From Camelus dromedarius (lineage: Eukaryota), in NCBI RefSeq assembly GCF_036321535.1, contig NC_087437.1, positions 71,426,001 to 71,490,000 of the forward strand: DNA of 64,000 bases, read 5' to 3'. The position numbers and the translations under genes were made by a program. Below the pieces are notes generated by a model. That model saw only the letters and a list, made by a program, of their open reading frames with translations, had not been told where the DNA came from and did not search any database. Of the stretch, positions 13,689 through 26,849 are shown piece by piece (position 1 is the stretch's first letter; every line of letters starts with the position of its first letter).

Positions 13689-14828
13689 TAAATAACGAAC
13701 AAACTGATTACTCCTTATGTAACTGAAACTTAGACTCACATTTGAAGTACTACAATTTTTGTCCTGTCTTCTTAATTATTTTGAAATTAGTTACATCAGG
13801 TTAACTCAGGTAACGAGTATAGAACTCAGGTCCCCGTACAAAGAAAGCCTTCATTTCTACAAAGAACTTGCTCCTCCTCCTTCAACATAAACCCTACATA
13901 GAGCCCAACACCAGTAGTTACAGGAAAAGAAGCCTCAAGTACTATTTTCTGACAGAGTTGGAAAATGTGTTTTCTTAGGTCCAAAAGTTTCAGGTTCCAA
14001 CTTTTTAACATTTAAACATTTTGAGAAACTTCCAAGGATTGCTCCAAGGTAACAGGCTCTCTGAACATTACAATTTGCAGTTCCCACAGCACTGAAATAA
14101 GGGTTCCTATTGCACTTCTAAAGCTTTTTCACCAAAGCACCCCAACTGCAGAAAAACAAGTAAACATGAAAATGAATACCTTCCCACCACCTTCCAGAAT
14201 CTTGACAGACAGTAAGATGTTATAGCAGTTTTAGCTGGGATTTTGTATGTTCTTATAAATTCTCTTAATCCAAACAAGTTTTGCACTCTACTTCATCATA
14301 TACAATATCTGTTTTATAAGAAAAATGTGAAAGTGCTTCTTCCTCACAATAAAATAAAAATGATAAATTAGATAGATATATTATACTGACTTAGCAACTG
14401 AATAGGGCAAAGCATATAGCAGTTTGATAGGCATGGCCACACAACATACTAATTTATATCCATTAATCACCCTTCATTGTTATCTATGAAAACAGTGAAA
14501 TAAAAATGCCCCACTAAAACCTTGTGCTTCACCATTAAATGCTTATGCTTCTATATGAAAAGGCACAGGCTTTTAAAAATGTTAAGACAATAACCTCCTA
14601 AAATGTTTTAACTTGCAATAAGCAAATTATATTTTAAGTTGGATTACATTGAAAGTTAATCTAATGCCAAATCTCCATACAATCCAAACTACCATGATAT
14701 GATTTAATGCTACATGAAATTTTATATGTTACTTAATAATTCCTTTCTAATACAATATGCAGCTATTATTGTTACTCTCAATCTAAAAAATAAAAGCATG
14801 ATACCTACTTTAAAAATAGTTGCTTTCA

Positions 14829-14965
14829 GGGGGAGGGTATAGCTCAGTGGTAGAGTGCTTGCTTAGCATGCACGAGATCCTGGGTTCAATCCCCAATAGC
14901 TCTATTAAAATAATAATAATAATAATAACAAAAATAAATTAACCTAATTATCTCCCCTACCCCCA
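14829..14965 (+). mobile_element. tRNA(Ala)-derived SINE (Vic-1-like, camelid)
   Basis: GGGGGAGGGTATAGCTCAGTGGTAGAG A-box, GGTTCAATCCC B-box, AT-rich linker, AACCTAATTA-C-rich end; imperfect TSD AAAAATAGTT... Confidence 0.88.
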
Positions 14966-15847
14966 AAAAATAGTTTCTTCATGAAAACATGTAGTATATA
15001 TAGCTGCACTCAGAGAAATCAACTTAATGATTGTATTTTTTAAAATTTACCTTTAGCTGTTGGACTCCTATTTTGAGGATAAAAAGTAAATGCAATTTAC
15101 AGCCAAGATTCTAATAGTCACACACTGAAACCCCTTATCCTCATATTTGTGAAAGATTGAGGAAAAAAAAAATACCCTGCTATAGAAGGGGAAAAATCCA
15201 GATAGCACAGGCAACCATCTGATCTAATGAGTCATCAGTCTCTCCCACACACTGCAGAACACTGCAGTGGCAAATCCCAACAGCAGAGGCTCGCTTTTGT
15301 TCCTTCCATTTTACAAGGTCTCCTCCAAACTGCTACTGGTTAATGCACTATACCTAGTAATTTCACTATTCCAGGAATGTTTTTACTACCAGTGTTGGAT
15401 GATAGAGCTGCTAGAGTCAAGAGTGACGTGTCATATAAAAGCTAAATACCAAGATTCCAAGACAATATTTACACACAAAATTCTTCATTGACACAGGGGC
15501 ACTTCTTTGACAATGAAGTATTGTTTTAACGTAACACTTGAAAAAAATACATTCTATCCAATTGATTGAAGACTGTCTTTGGAAATAACAGATTTTTTTT
15601 TTAAGATGAAGAATCTAGTTGGTCAAAAGCAAATACTTGTTTTCACACATAATTTACCTATGGAAATGCATCATGATCTGTTTAATATTTTTATGCTTGT
15701 TATAAATTATAACAAAAGTTATAGAATAGGCAGAATTCCAGGTAATAACATTACCTTATATTTATATAGTACTAAATCATTTTGTGAAGCACTTTCCTAT
15801 TCATTTTATTTACTCTACCTACCTAGCAACACCGTTAGAGAGGCTTA

Positions 15848-16280
15848 TGTGGCAGATTACTGATTAGCGTAACTAGTTCCCAATTTTTATCTTGCTAGCA
15901 AAACCCTAAATTGGTTCAAATTTTGGTAAGCTTTCAAGGTAATTCCAGTTCCCTTGCCAATGAATGGTTTGGAAATGAGCATGTCATGATATTCTGACCA
16001 ATAAACAGTAAGGTAAAGTCTGTTGGGGAGCCTCTGGGAACGATTTATTTGCTTTTTCAAAAGATACAGGCCATGAGAAATACCTTTTCCATCGTGACTG
16101 GGTCATCTGCATGGGACATGCAGCCACCGTGAGATCCTAAAGAAAGCAAATCTAAGCCGATAGGCCACCTTGCTAAGGATGGCAAAACTGAAAGACAGAA
16201 AGCATCTGGGTTCTTGTTGCCTTTACGAGTCCACTGAATTAGCCAACATAACAAAAAAGGAAAGGGTTTCAAGAATAAAT
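15848..16280. mobile_element. Old MaLR LTR (MLT1J/K-like)
   Basis: tgtggcaga start; ttctgaccaat...aagtctgttggggagcctctgggaa...tgctaaggatggcaaa...gaaagacagaaagcatctggg. Confidence 0.65.
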
Positions 16281-17199
16281 ATTTTTATATACTATATATA
16301 TTTCATACTGCTATTTTTTTAAATGGATAGACCAAAAGGTTAAGAATACAGGCAAACATAAGGCCATTACTTAAATAGTTCACAAAAATTACTGAGATGG
16401 ACTACAAGGAAATGTGCAGACAAAAGGGGGAATCAGCGTAGGGAAGTACAGAAAAATCACAGGTGGCAAACTGGACTAACAGAATCAGGAAAAATCTATT
16501 CCTAAAAGAATAAAAATTTTTGAGGGCACATACACCTCTTCATTTATCAAAATAAAGGCATTTCTGTAAAAGAAATAGTAAAGATAAAAGTTAGAGTGGA
16601 CAGTTAAGTGGGGGCTAGAATTCAAATCATATCAGCCACATATGCTTATGGCTTGTTGACAAGCTTAGCCATAAACAGTTTTGATAGCATTCCTAGAAGC
16701 AAACAATCACAGATTCCTTCCACTTCAAATTTTTATAAATAAAACTGAGCTATACTGAGTGTGACTCCAAAATTTTAACCAGAATAACAAAATACTGTGT
16801 TTAGTGTATAAGTTCTATGGTATGAGTTTACAGGCTCGAAGCCTATGACCAATGGTAGAACTGTCATATGAACAGACTCAAGTATCCCTGCCTTCAAGGA
16901 GTATATGTATTGTTTTCTTACTCCCTTCCCTCCATGTAGGATAGAGCCTTGCACAGCAGTAACTCAATAAAATGTTCTGAAATTAGGAATAAATAATATC
17001 AACTACTGCTTGTTAAGCATATATCACATTCCAAGCATTATATTAAAAAACAAACACATCTCATTTAACCCTTAAAAACAGTCCTATGAGGCAAGTGTTT
17101 GATTGGGAAACAGGTTTTGAGACTTAAGCAATCCATTCAAGATTAGAGCTTTGGCACAAAGAAGCCCAAATTTAGTCTGATTTTAACATATAAACTTTT

Positions 17200-17300
17200 A
17201 CGAATGTATGTATATGTTCGTAATAGATGCATGACTGGGACATTATGCTGTACACCAGAAACTGACACATTGTAACTGACTGTACTTCAATTAAAAAAAT
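17200..17300 (+). mobile_element. Short L1 3'-terminal fragment
   Basis: tatgctgtacaccagaaactgacacattgtaactgactgtacttcaattaaaaaa. Confidence 0.7.
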
Positions 17301-19443
17301 TAGCTTTTAATAACAAATAATTCAGAAGACTTTATTTTAGCCAGTAGCTTTAACCTTCATTACCTTAAAAAAAAAAAAGATGCCTCTTTTCTATTATTAA
17401 CTGACTACATTACAGTGACAAATGATAATATGCAGGCAAAAGGGAAGAGATGAAAAAAGATGACGTAACAGATCATCGACAAACTAAAGCGGAAGTAGAG
17501 AAACAACTATGAATTGACTGTTCCTAAAATATCTATCTCCTAAAAAACCAAGATTTTTCAATAACAACACATAACGCTGTATTTTATTAATGCCTACATT
17601 TATAACACAAACATAAATAACTGATTATAATAGTAAAAACATATATAAATTTAATTGCAAAGTTAATGGGCAAATTTGGGACTAATATGAATATTAATGA
17701 AAACAGATTCAACACAATTTTGCTATAGGGAATAGCAGTGGAAAATTTCTATTTAATATACTATCATAAATTTGGAATAATGAAGTTATCTAAAACAGTA
17801 TCTCAGTGAGAAATTCTTATTTTTCTTATTTCTTAGATAAAACTTACAGAAGAGTTAAAAGTTATAGTGACGCTAACATTAATACCCATAAGACTTTTGT
17901 GTGAACTTTTAGAATATTTCTTGATTGCAGGTTACAAAGAAAAAATGAGTCACTGATTTTATATCTTAACTTACCAAGAATGTAGGTAGTCAAATGATAC
18001 AAACAATAAAGAAAATAAGCATTTGTTATATACTTTTCCTTAGGATTTATTTTCAGAAGCAGTATTTTTAATTTTTACATTTTGCTAGTATACTTTCATT
18101 CACTTTAACTCACCGACTAGGTGAAGCCAAGGTAAGGCAACCAACTAAGGATCCATAAGGGTACTCTTACGCTGCTGTCTCACAGGAGCAACCCCTACAC
18201 ACACTCTCCTACCTAGAAATAATACCATATTTCATCTAATCTAAGATACTATCAGTAATATCATATTCTTCTATTTGATGTACTATGAAGAAAAGAGCCA
18301 ACAAACTAAACTAAAGCATCACCCTAAATAGGTTCACCACCAACTCAGGAATTCATGAAATCTTTGCAATAAAAATATGACGTAAAGCATAAACTGAGGA
18401 CGAAAGAGGAAAAGAATCCTGATTAATATAGGTGAAAAAACACTTCACAATGCGGATTTTAAGTTATAACTGCAGTCAAAAGTGCACAGATGTTTTCAAT
18501 TTAGAGGGCAAGACATTTGCCTTTCAACATGTTTGCCTAGTATTCTATGATTAATAACCAGGATTTATTTAACTGAATTGGCTGTAGGGAGAGAAAGACT
18601 TAATTACAGATGGAGGTTTTCAATAGTATGGTTTGCTAAGGAATTAACTTCTAGTTTCCCCTGGAATGCACTCATAGCCTTCAATATTGCACCTCTCTAG
18701 CACTTGCCACTGCTGTAATTAAAAATCTGTGAACAGAATTTTTCAATGTCTGTCTCTACTGTAAGTGTGAGGAAAACAGGGACCATGTTTGCTTTGTTCA
18801 ATGAGCACCACAATTAGATAGTAAAGCGCCTTGACACACAGCAGGCTATTATTAAATATCGCTTAGTGACAGTACTGGTAAAGGTGTGTGGGAAACAGGC
18901 ATTCACATTCACTGAGTGATAATTGATACAACCCCTCTGAAGGGCACTAAATACACATTTCGGTCTAATGCCCAATGGCCAAGATTTTAAAAATCAGTAT
19001 TTACCTGAGGTCAAAGCTGAAGCCAAATATTACCACCACAGAATGACCTTCTGATATAAAAGAAGAAAAATATTTGTTAAAAGTTATAAATGTTACAGTT
19101 TTAGTGGTTGTTTCGTTTGACATTATGAGTGCTAGTGCACCAAATAATTCTACAAAGAATGGATAAAATCTTATTCCTATTATTCCACCTGTTACTATTA
19201 TTTTAAATTTTACAAACAAATATTAGCACAAAAAGGCTATACAACCGCACACATAAATGGAAAACTGATTCCTGATATAAGTGAAAAGGCAATTTAGTGG
19301 AGAAAATACAGTTGGTGGTAGATCAAGTTGATATATAAATGCGAAAAGGGTACTTCAATCCATACCTTGCACCATATACAAAATAAATAGGCATGGATGG
19401 CAGACCAAAATGTAAAACCTAAAACTATAAAACTTTCTTGTGA

Positions 19444-19970
19444 GCCAAGACATGGAAACAGCCTAAATGTCCATCAACAGACGACTGGATAAAGAAGATG
19501 TGGTATATTTATACAATGGAATACTACTCAGCCATAAAAACCGACAACATAATGCCATTTGCAGCAACATGGATGCTCCTAGAGAATGTCATTTTAAGTG
19601 AAGTAAGCCAGAAAGAGAAAGAAAAATACCATATGAGATCGCTCATATGTGGAATCTAAAAACAAACAAACAAAGCATAAATACAAAACAGAAATAGACT
19701 CACAGACATAGAATACAAACTTGTGGTTGCCAAGGGGGCAGGGGGTGGGAAGGGATAGACTGGGATTTCAAAATTGTAGAATAGATAAACAAGATTATAC
19801 TGTATAGCACAGGGAAATATATACAAGATCTTATGGAAGCTCACAGAGAAAAAAAAATGTGACAATGAATATATATATGTTCATGTACAACTGAAAAATT
19901 GTGCTCTACACTGGAATTTGACACAACATTGTAAAATGATTATAAATCAATAAAGAAATGTTAAAAAAAA
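19444..19970 (+). mobile_element. Young L1 3' end with perfect TSD
   Basis: Near-identical to 13096-13660; TSD AAAACTTTCTTGTGA at 19429-19443 and 19968-19982. Confidence 0.93.
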
Positions 19971-20219
19971 ACTTTCTTGTGACCTTGGATTAAGTAGATT
20001 TATTGGATACAACACTAGAAAGCACAATCCATAAGAGAACAAATTGGAAAATTATACTTCATAAAAATTACTTCTGCTCTTTAAAATAGAACAGAAAGAC
20101 AAGTAACAGACTGGGAGAAAATATTTGCAAAGCACACGTCTGATAAATGACTTAGGTCTAGAATATAAAACGGACTCCCAAAACTCAATAAGAAAACAAC
20201 ATAATTAAAATGATGGGCG

Positions 20220-20350
20220 GGCAGGTGGCATAGCTCAGTGGTAGAACACATGCTTATTTAGCATTCATGAGATTATGGGTTCAACCTTTAGTACCTCCAT
20301 CAAAAGAAATCAAAATCAAAACAAACAAACAAATAAGAAAAAAATAAAAA
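20220..20350 (+). mobile_element. Diverged Vic-1-like SINE
   Basis: CATAGCTCAGTGGTAGAA...GGGTTCAACC; TSD TAAAATGATGGGCG at 20206-20219 and 20351-20364. Confidence 0.85.
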
Positions 20351-22954
20351 TAAAATGATGGGCGAATGATCTGAACATATACTTCACCAAAGAAGATATA
20401 TTACGGATGGCAAAAAAATACATGAAAAATAAATAAGTACATGCTTAACACCATTAGGAAAACGCAAATGAAAACCACAATTAAATGCCACTCCACACCT
20501 AGTAGAATGGCTAAAATTTTAAAATACTGACCATAGGAAGTGTTGGTAAGGATGCAGAACTAGAACTCTCATATACTGCTGCTAGGAATGTAAAATACAC
20601 AACCACTGTGGAAAACAATGTGGCAGTTTCTTACAAAGTTAAACATGCACCTACCATACGATCCAGTCATTCTACTCCTCAGTATTTACCCACGAGAAAT
20701 GAAAGCTTATATCCCAAGACTTTTAAGACTGTTCAAAGCAGTTTTATTCATAATAGCCAAAAAGTAGAAACACAATGCAAATATCCATCAATAAGTGAAG
20801 GGATAAACAAATTGTGGTATTTTTGGTTTACAGTGAATACACATTGCTGAGTGCAGAAATAAAAAAGAAATGCATCACTGAAACATGTAAAAGGCAGACC
20901 ACTCCAAAAAAGAGTTCCATTTATACAAAATTCTAAAAAATGCAAACTAACCTATAGTGATAGAAAACAAATCAGTGGTTCCTTGGGGACGGGTAGTGGG
21001 GCGGTATAGAAGGTAGGGATGAGGCATGAGGAAACTTCTTTTGGGGGTGGATGGATACGTTCACTATACTGACAGTTTCACAAGTATCTACACATACATC
21101 AAAACATCAAACAGCACACCTGAAATATATGTGATTACGTCAATTATGCCTCCATAAAACTTCTTTTAAAAAAGGACAAAGTATTGACAATATGAATCCT
21201 ATAAAGGCATAATGCTTACACCGAACACATCGCATTTTCTTTTTACTTGTCAACTAATAGTTATAAAAGATTATATGGCTTATGAGACTAATGGAGAATC
21301 TTAACCCTAGTAGCACTGTAAGGGGAACCATTGAAAACAACCAAACCGGTTTTTGCCTGTTTGTTTAGAATGAACTTATGTGGCTCCTGACAAGGCTGTG
21401 TGGGCACCTTCTTGTCCGGTCAAGTTCAGCAAATCCTGGGAATTTCCACAGTCCCTTATTAGTTCAGGAGTATACTAGTCAGATATGCCTGTAAAGTACT
21501 TACTCATCTATGTTTCAGAACAGGGCTTAATGGCAGTATCTTGGGTGAGGATTTAGGAAAATCTTAACCCTATCTTGAGTGAACTTTTGAGCCATGAGGC
21601 AAAGAAGGGTCTGTCGCCCAAGACTCAAGCTAAGTAATATTTTGGATATCAAAGTTGCTATGGTTCAGTGATTCATTTGGAAGGTGAAGGTAGAGAAATA
21701 GTTATTGTCTGTTGTTTCATACCACTCTTATCTGAGGCAGAAATAACTCATGATAAAGAATTAACAGTCCGTTTGTCTTTTCCTATTCATAGGGACCTCC
21801 CCCACTCTCCTTATCCAACAGTATCTTTGCATGAGGATGCGATCATATTTAAAATACACACATACACACCACTGAACAATAGCAGGTACTATAAATCTGC
21901 ATTCAAGCACTGTAGGTGTACCAAGTTGGGACTTGAGCATTCTGCATTTTAAGTGTTTGCTTTGGATCACATTGAAGACTTTGGTATCAATTAGCCTGTT
22001 CTTTGGATTAATAAGAGATATTTTTCCCTTTCTTGAAACAGTGAAAAAATAGAGAAAACTGAACAGAAGTATGTTATATTCAAAATAATTTGTGCATGTT
22101 GTAGCTCTAGTAAAGCCCCTCACTGCCTAATTCTGCATTACCTAAGACTAGGACTCATGGAGTGACAACCCATTTTTCACATGAAAAGATAGTTATTCCT
22201 ACATTTGACTAGCTATCAAATTCTCAATGTTCATATTAGTTGGCAATCTGATTCCTTATTTACTATTTGAAAGTTCTAACATAATTGTTTTGGTACATTA
22301 AAATCAGCGATTTCCACAATTATTAACAATTGTAGCATTTCACTCCTCCAATAATTTACATTCAAACTTCAATTGATAAGAATTTCAATGCATGAATCAC
22401 ATAAAGAGTACTTTGAGTTATATCTAGACTGCTTACCGTTATTTGAAAGTAACAAAAAGTCATGACATTTGTCAAACTTATTCTTATACTGACCTGTTTC
22501 AATGATTAGATATGATGGTAAACTATGATATTACATGATAGCAGATAACACATAATCTAGGGATGAAAGAAATGTTATAGGCATTCAGCTATTCAGCTTA
22601 CCAAAGACTTAAGATAAATGGCAGATTTTTGCTAAATACTGAGGACAAATCTGACCTTCAGGGTATCACTAAATTGGAGAATAATTTGGCACCAAAATTC
22701 AAAATGTACAAAATCCTTTGGATCCAGCTGTTTCATTTCTAGAAATTTACTTTATGTATACAACATGTCCTATTAACAAAATATCTATTACAGCACTGTT
22801 TCTTATAGTAAAAGATTGGAATGTCCATTAACTTACATACTTCACAGTTAAATGGAGACTACATAGTTAAATAACTCGTGGCAGTATGAGAGAATATATG
22901 TATATATACACACACACATTCAGAGGTATTAAGATAGTTATCTGTGGAAAGAGA

Positions 22955-23165
22955 CTCTGTGGGTTCAAATCCAAAGTCCTGTTACTCATGAACTGTGTGT
23001 AACTGTTGGGCATTTAAACATGCCATGCCTAAATTGTCTCATTTGTTAAATAAGGATAAAAAAAACCTATCTCATAAAGTTATTGTGATCCTTCTATGAA
23101 TTAATTTAAATAAAGTATTAAGAAAAGTGTCTGAAACAGTAGTAAACTCTCAATAAATGTTACAT
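22955..23165 (+). mobile_element. MIR SINE
   Basis: gggttcaaatcc...tctcatttgttaaataaggataa...cctatctcataaagttattgtga...ctcaataaatgtta. Confidence 0.7.
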
Positions 23166-23577
23166 ATGATGATGATGGTATATTAGTACTATTGAATATT
23201 AGACTATTATTAAAAAAGAATAAGGTATCTTTAACCATATCAATGTGGAAAAATCTCCAAGGTAACACTGTTAAGCGAAAAATGTAAGGTCTAGAATGAC
23301 ATGAAGAAATGCTACTTTTGTGAACAAATATATGGGGAAAAAAGAGTAAGGATGGAGAGAGGGAAAAAACATACACATGAATGAATACATAATTTTTACT
23401 ATGTTTGTACAGGTATTATCCATTCAACTTAATTAGAAATTAAAAAAAAAAAAACCCAGTTAAAAAAATGGGCAGAAGTGAATCTTTCCAAAGAGAAAAT
23501 GCAGATGGCCAATAGGCACATGAAAAGATGCTCATTGTCACTAATCATCAGGGAAATACAAATCAAAACCACAGTCA

Positions 23578-23707
23578 GGGGGGAAAGGTATAGCTCAGTG
23601 GTAGAATGCATATTTAGCATGCTGGAGGTCCTGGGTTCAATTTCAAGCACCTCCATTAGATAAATATACAAACAAACCTAATTAGCTCCCACCCCACCCC
23701 ACCCAAA
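23578..23707 (+). mobile_element. Vic-1-like SINE nested in L1
   Basis: GGTATAGCTCAGTGGTAGAATGC...CTGGGTTCAA; TSD AAAACCACAGT at 23565-23575 and 23708-23718. Confidence 0.88.
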
Positions 23708-24058
23708 AAAACCACAGTGATATGTCACCTCACACCTGTCAGAAAGGCTATCAGTAAAAAGTCTGCAAGTAATAAATGCTGGAGAGGATGTGGAGAAAAG
23801 GGTACCTTGTACAGTTAGTGGAAATATAAACTGATACAGCCAGTGTGGAAAACAGTATGGAGGTTTCTCAAAAAAAAAAAAAAAAAAGAACTACTATATA
23901 CTCAGCAATTCCACTCCTGGGTATATAGCTGGAAAAAAAAACCCCACTAATCTGAAAGATACATGCACCCCAATGTTCATAGCAGCATTATTTACAATGG
24001 CCAAGGTATGGAAGCAATCTAGGTGTCCATCAACAGATGAATGGATAAAGAAGATGTG

Positions 24059-24060
<2 letters not shown>

Positions 24061-24088
<28 letters not shown>
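24061..24088. repeat. (AC)14 microsatellite
   Basis: Direct read. Confidence 0.95.
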
Positions 24089-24094
<6 letters not shown>

Positions 24095-24534
24095 GAATAC
24101 TACAAAGCCATAAAAGGAATGAAATTTTGCCATATGCAGCAATATGGATGGACTTGGAGGGCATTAAGCTAAGTGACATAAGTCGGACAGAGAAAGACAA
24201 ATACTATAATAAATCACTTATATGCAGAATCTAAAAAAAAAACAAACTAGTGAATAAAACAAAACAGATGCAGACTCACAGATATAGAGAATAAACTAGC
24301 GGTTGTCAGTGGAGAAGAGAAAAGGGGGAGGGGCAACATAGGGGTAGGAGAAAAACAAAGGTTATTATAGGATTATATGAAATCATGTGTGTGAAGCTTG
24401 AAAATTGTAAAGCAAAAAAAAAAAAAAAAAAAAAAGAAAATACTGAGTGATTCAATGAGTGCTAAAACAATTAAGCCAAGTGATAAATTATATAATTAAC
24501 TGAGCAAAGAACATAGTAACTAAATATTTATATA

Positions 24535-24760
24535 GTTTTTATTATGTACCAGTTATTCCTCTAATCACTTATTCATTTAATACTGACAACACTTAATGAA
24601 ATAAATATACTCTTAATATCCTTATTTTAAAGGTGAGAAAAACGTAATACAGAAAGATAAAAGGAACTTCCCCGAAGTCACACTGCTAGGAAGTAGCAGA
24701 GCCAGGATTTGAGCCAGACAGTCTGACTCCAGTGCCTACACCCCTAACCTCTGTGCTTGC
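24535..24760 (-). mobile_element. MIR SINE
   Basis: aagtcacactgctaggaagtagcagagccaggatttgagccagacagtctgactccag. Confidence 0.8.
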
Positions 24761-24828
24761 TATGTTGCTTCTCTAAAATTACTTTTTATTTACATATACT
24801 CAAACTTTTTTCAAAAAGAATTTGTACA

Positions 24829-25895
24829 TTCCTCAAAAAATTAAAAATAGAACTACCATATGATCCAGTAATTCCACTCTTGTGTATTTATTTGAAGAAA
24901 ACAAAATCACTAATTAGAAAAGATACATGAACCCCACTGTGTTTACTGCAGTATTATTTACAATTGCTAACATAAGGAAGCACCCTAAGTGTCTACCAAT
25001 AGATGAATGAATAAAGATAATGTGGTGTAGGCATAAAATGGAGTATTACTCAAGACATAAAAAAGAACGAAATCTTGCCATTTGCAACAACGTGGATGAC
25101 CCAGAGGGTATTAGTGAAATAAGTTAGACAGAGAAAGACAAATACTATATGATTTCACATATAGGTAGAATCTAAAAAACAAAACAAATGATCAAACATC
25201 ACCAAACAGAAACAGAGTCATAAATAGAGAGGACAAACAGGTGGTTGCCAGAGTGAAGGGGACTGGGGGAGGAAAGAAATAGGTGGGAGAGATTAAGAGG
25301 TACAAACTTCTAGTTGCAGAAGAAATCAGTCATAGGTATAAAATGTACAGTGTGGGGAATATAGTCAATAAGTATGTAGTATCTTTGCAGGGTGACATAA
25401 CTAGACTTGTGATTATTTTGAAATGTACAGAAATATTGAATCAGTATGTTGTGTAGCAGGAACTAAATTAGTATTTGTTGTAGGTCAATTATACTTCAAA
25501 AACAAATAAATTCATATAAAAAGAGATTAGATTTGTGCTTACCAGAGGTAGGAGAGCAGGGGGAGGGGTAACTGGATGAAGGTGGTCAAAACATAGAAAC
25601 TTCCAGTTATAATATAAATAAGTACTAGGGATATAATGTATAACATGATAAATATAATTAACACTGCTGAATATTATACATGCATGTTGTTAAGAGAGTA
25701 AATCCTAAGAGTTCTCATCACAATGAAACAAACGTTTTTTTAAAATTTTGTTAATTTGTACCAAATGAGACAATGGATGTCGCTAAATTTATTGTGGTAC
25801 TCATTCTATAATGTATGTATGTCAAATCATTATGCCCTACACCTTAAACTTATACAATGCTGTATGTCAATTATATCTCAAAAAAACTGGAAGAA
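24829..25895 (+). mobile_element. L1 (L1MA-like) ORF2 end + long 3'UTR with TSD
   Basis: aaaatagaactaccatatgatccag...tcaattatatctcaaaaaaactgg; flanks AAAA(G/A)AATTTGTACA at 24814-24828 and 25894-25908. Confidence 0.9.
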
Positions 25896-26849
25896 AAAAA
25901 TTTGTACAGTTTATAATAAAGAACATATTCATATAATTAAGTTAATAAAATTGGTAAGGAAAAGGGGAAAACAAAAAAATCAACATAAGAAAACAAATAC
26001 AGATGCTTTAAACATCCAACAAATGTCACTCTACAGCACCTGCCATTTTCTATTTTGGCTTTGACTGATATATTAACTTCAGATTCTTAAAAGGACTGAA
26101 ATCAAGTATTAAATAACTACAAATACTTTAAACTTTGGTTCTTCAAAGGCATTCTTATTTGACGCTTTCTTAAGGAGAGTTACTCTTGTATCTGATTTTT
26201 TTATTAACCAAACTCAAATGTGAGCTTTTCCTTGTACTGACTATCATGAGAAGTCAGGTGACAGACTCCACTTGCACAATATGCTCTATAACTCTCAGAC
26301 AGAAAGCACTTCTGGAGGACTTAATACTCACACCAGAGATACAATTTGTAACCCTATCTGGTAATGCCTATCACTTTCCTGTACATTTTTAGTGATGATT
26401 TCTTATTGGGTTATCACATACACAAAAATAAGGAGAATTTACGGAATTATTGGGGTAATTTATACAGTTTCCCCTCAGATACCTAAGGAATCAAAACAAA
26501 AAAATTCCAGACAATTGCCATTTCTAGCCATTTCAAATGGAACTTTTCCTTTTGTTAATTCCTTCTTTGACCTATCAGATCTTTTCTTTTTAAAAAGGTA
26601 GTATTGGTTTTTTTTTCTAATTAGAGAAACACTACTACATGTTCATTGTAAAAATAAAAACTCATAATATAGAAAACGGTTAAGAAAATAAAAATTACCT
26701 GAAATGCCCATCCATGAACTGAGATAACCACTAAACATTTTGATGACTAGTCTTTCCTGTAATTTGTCTTGTACAGATTGGCATAAACATGTAGTTTTAC
26801 ACGCACACATTACTGTGGACACCCCTGTCTTTTTTCTTTTTCTCTTTTG

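Larger units (their letters stand above)
19250..21170 (+). mobile_element. Old L1 (L1M-type ORF2 end and 3'UTR) interrupted by a young L1 and a SINE
   Basis: Decayed ORF2 motifs (gactgggagaaaatatttgcaaa; cttcaccaaagaagatata; accactgtggaaaac) collinear across both insertions. Confidence 0.8.
23440..24435 (+). mobile_element. L1 3' portion with internal SINE, (CA)n and A-tail
   Basis: [28 protein letters not shown]2 peptide; 3'UTR; A22 run at 24414-24435. Confidence 0.9.

Noticed and set aside
14829..14905. tRNA(Ala)-like sequences as real tRNA genes
   Set aside because: Multiple diverged copies with A-rich tails and TSDs; these are SINEs.
18390..18410. ctgaggacgaaa resembling a hammerhead ribozyme core
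   Set aside because: Lacks the CUGANGA core and flanking helices.
19001..19219. Hydrophobic 72-aa ORF as a membrane microprotein or NUMT
   Set aside because: No ATG start, T-rich strand bias explains the hydrophobicity, and I recognise no mitochondrial protein similarity.
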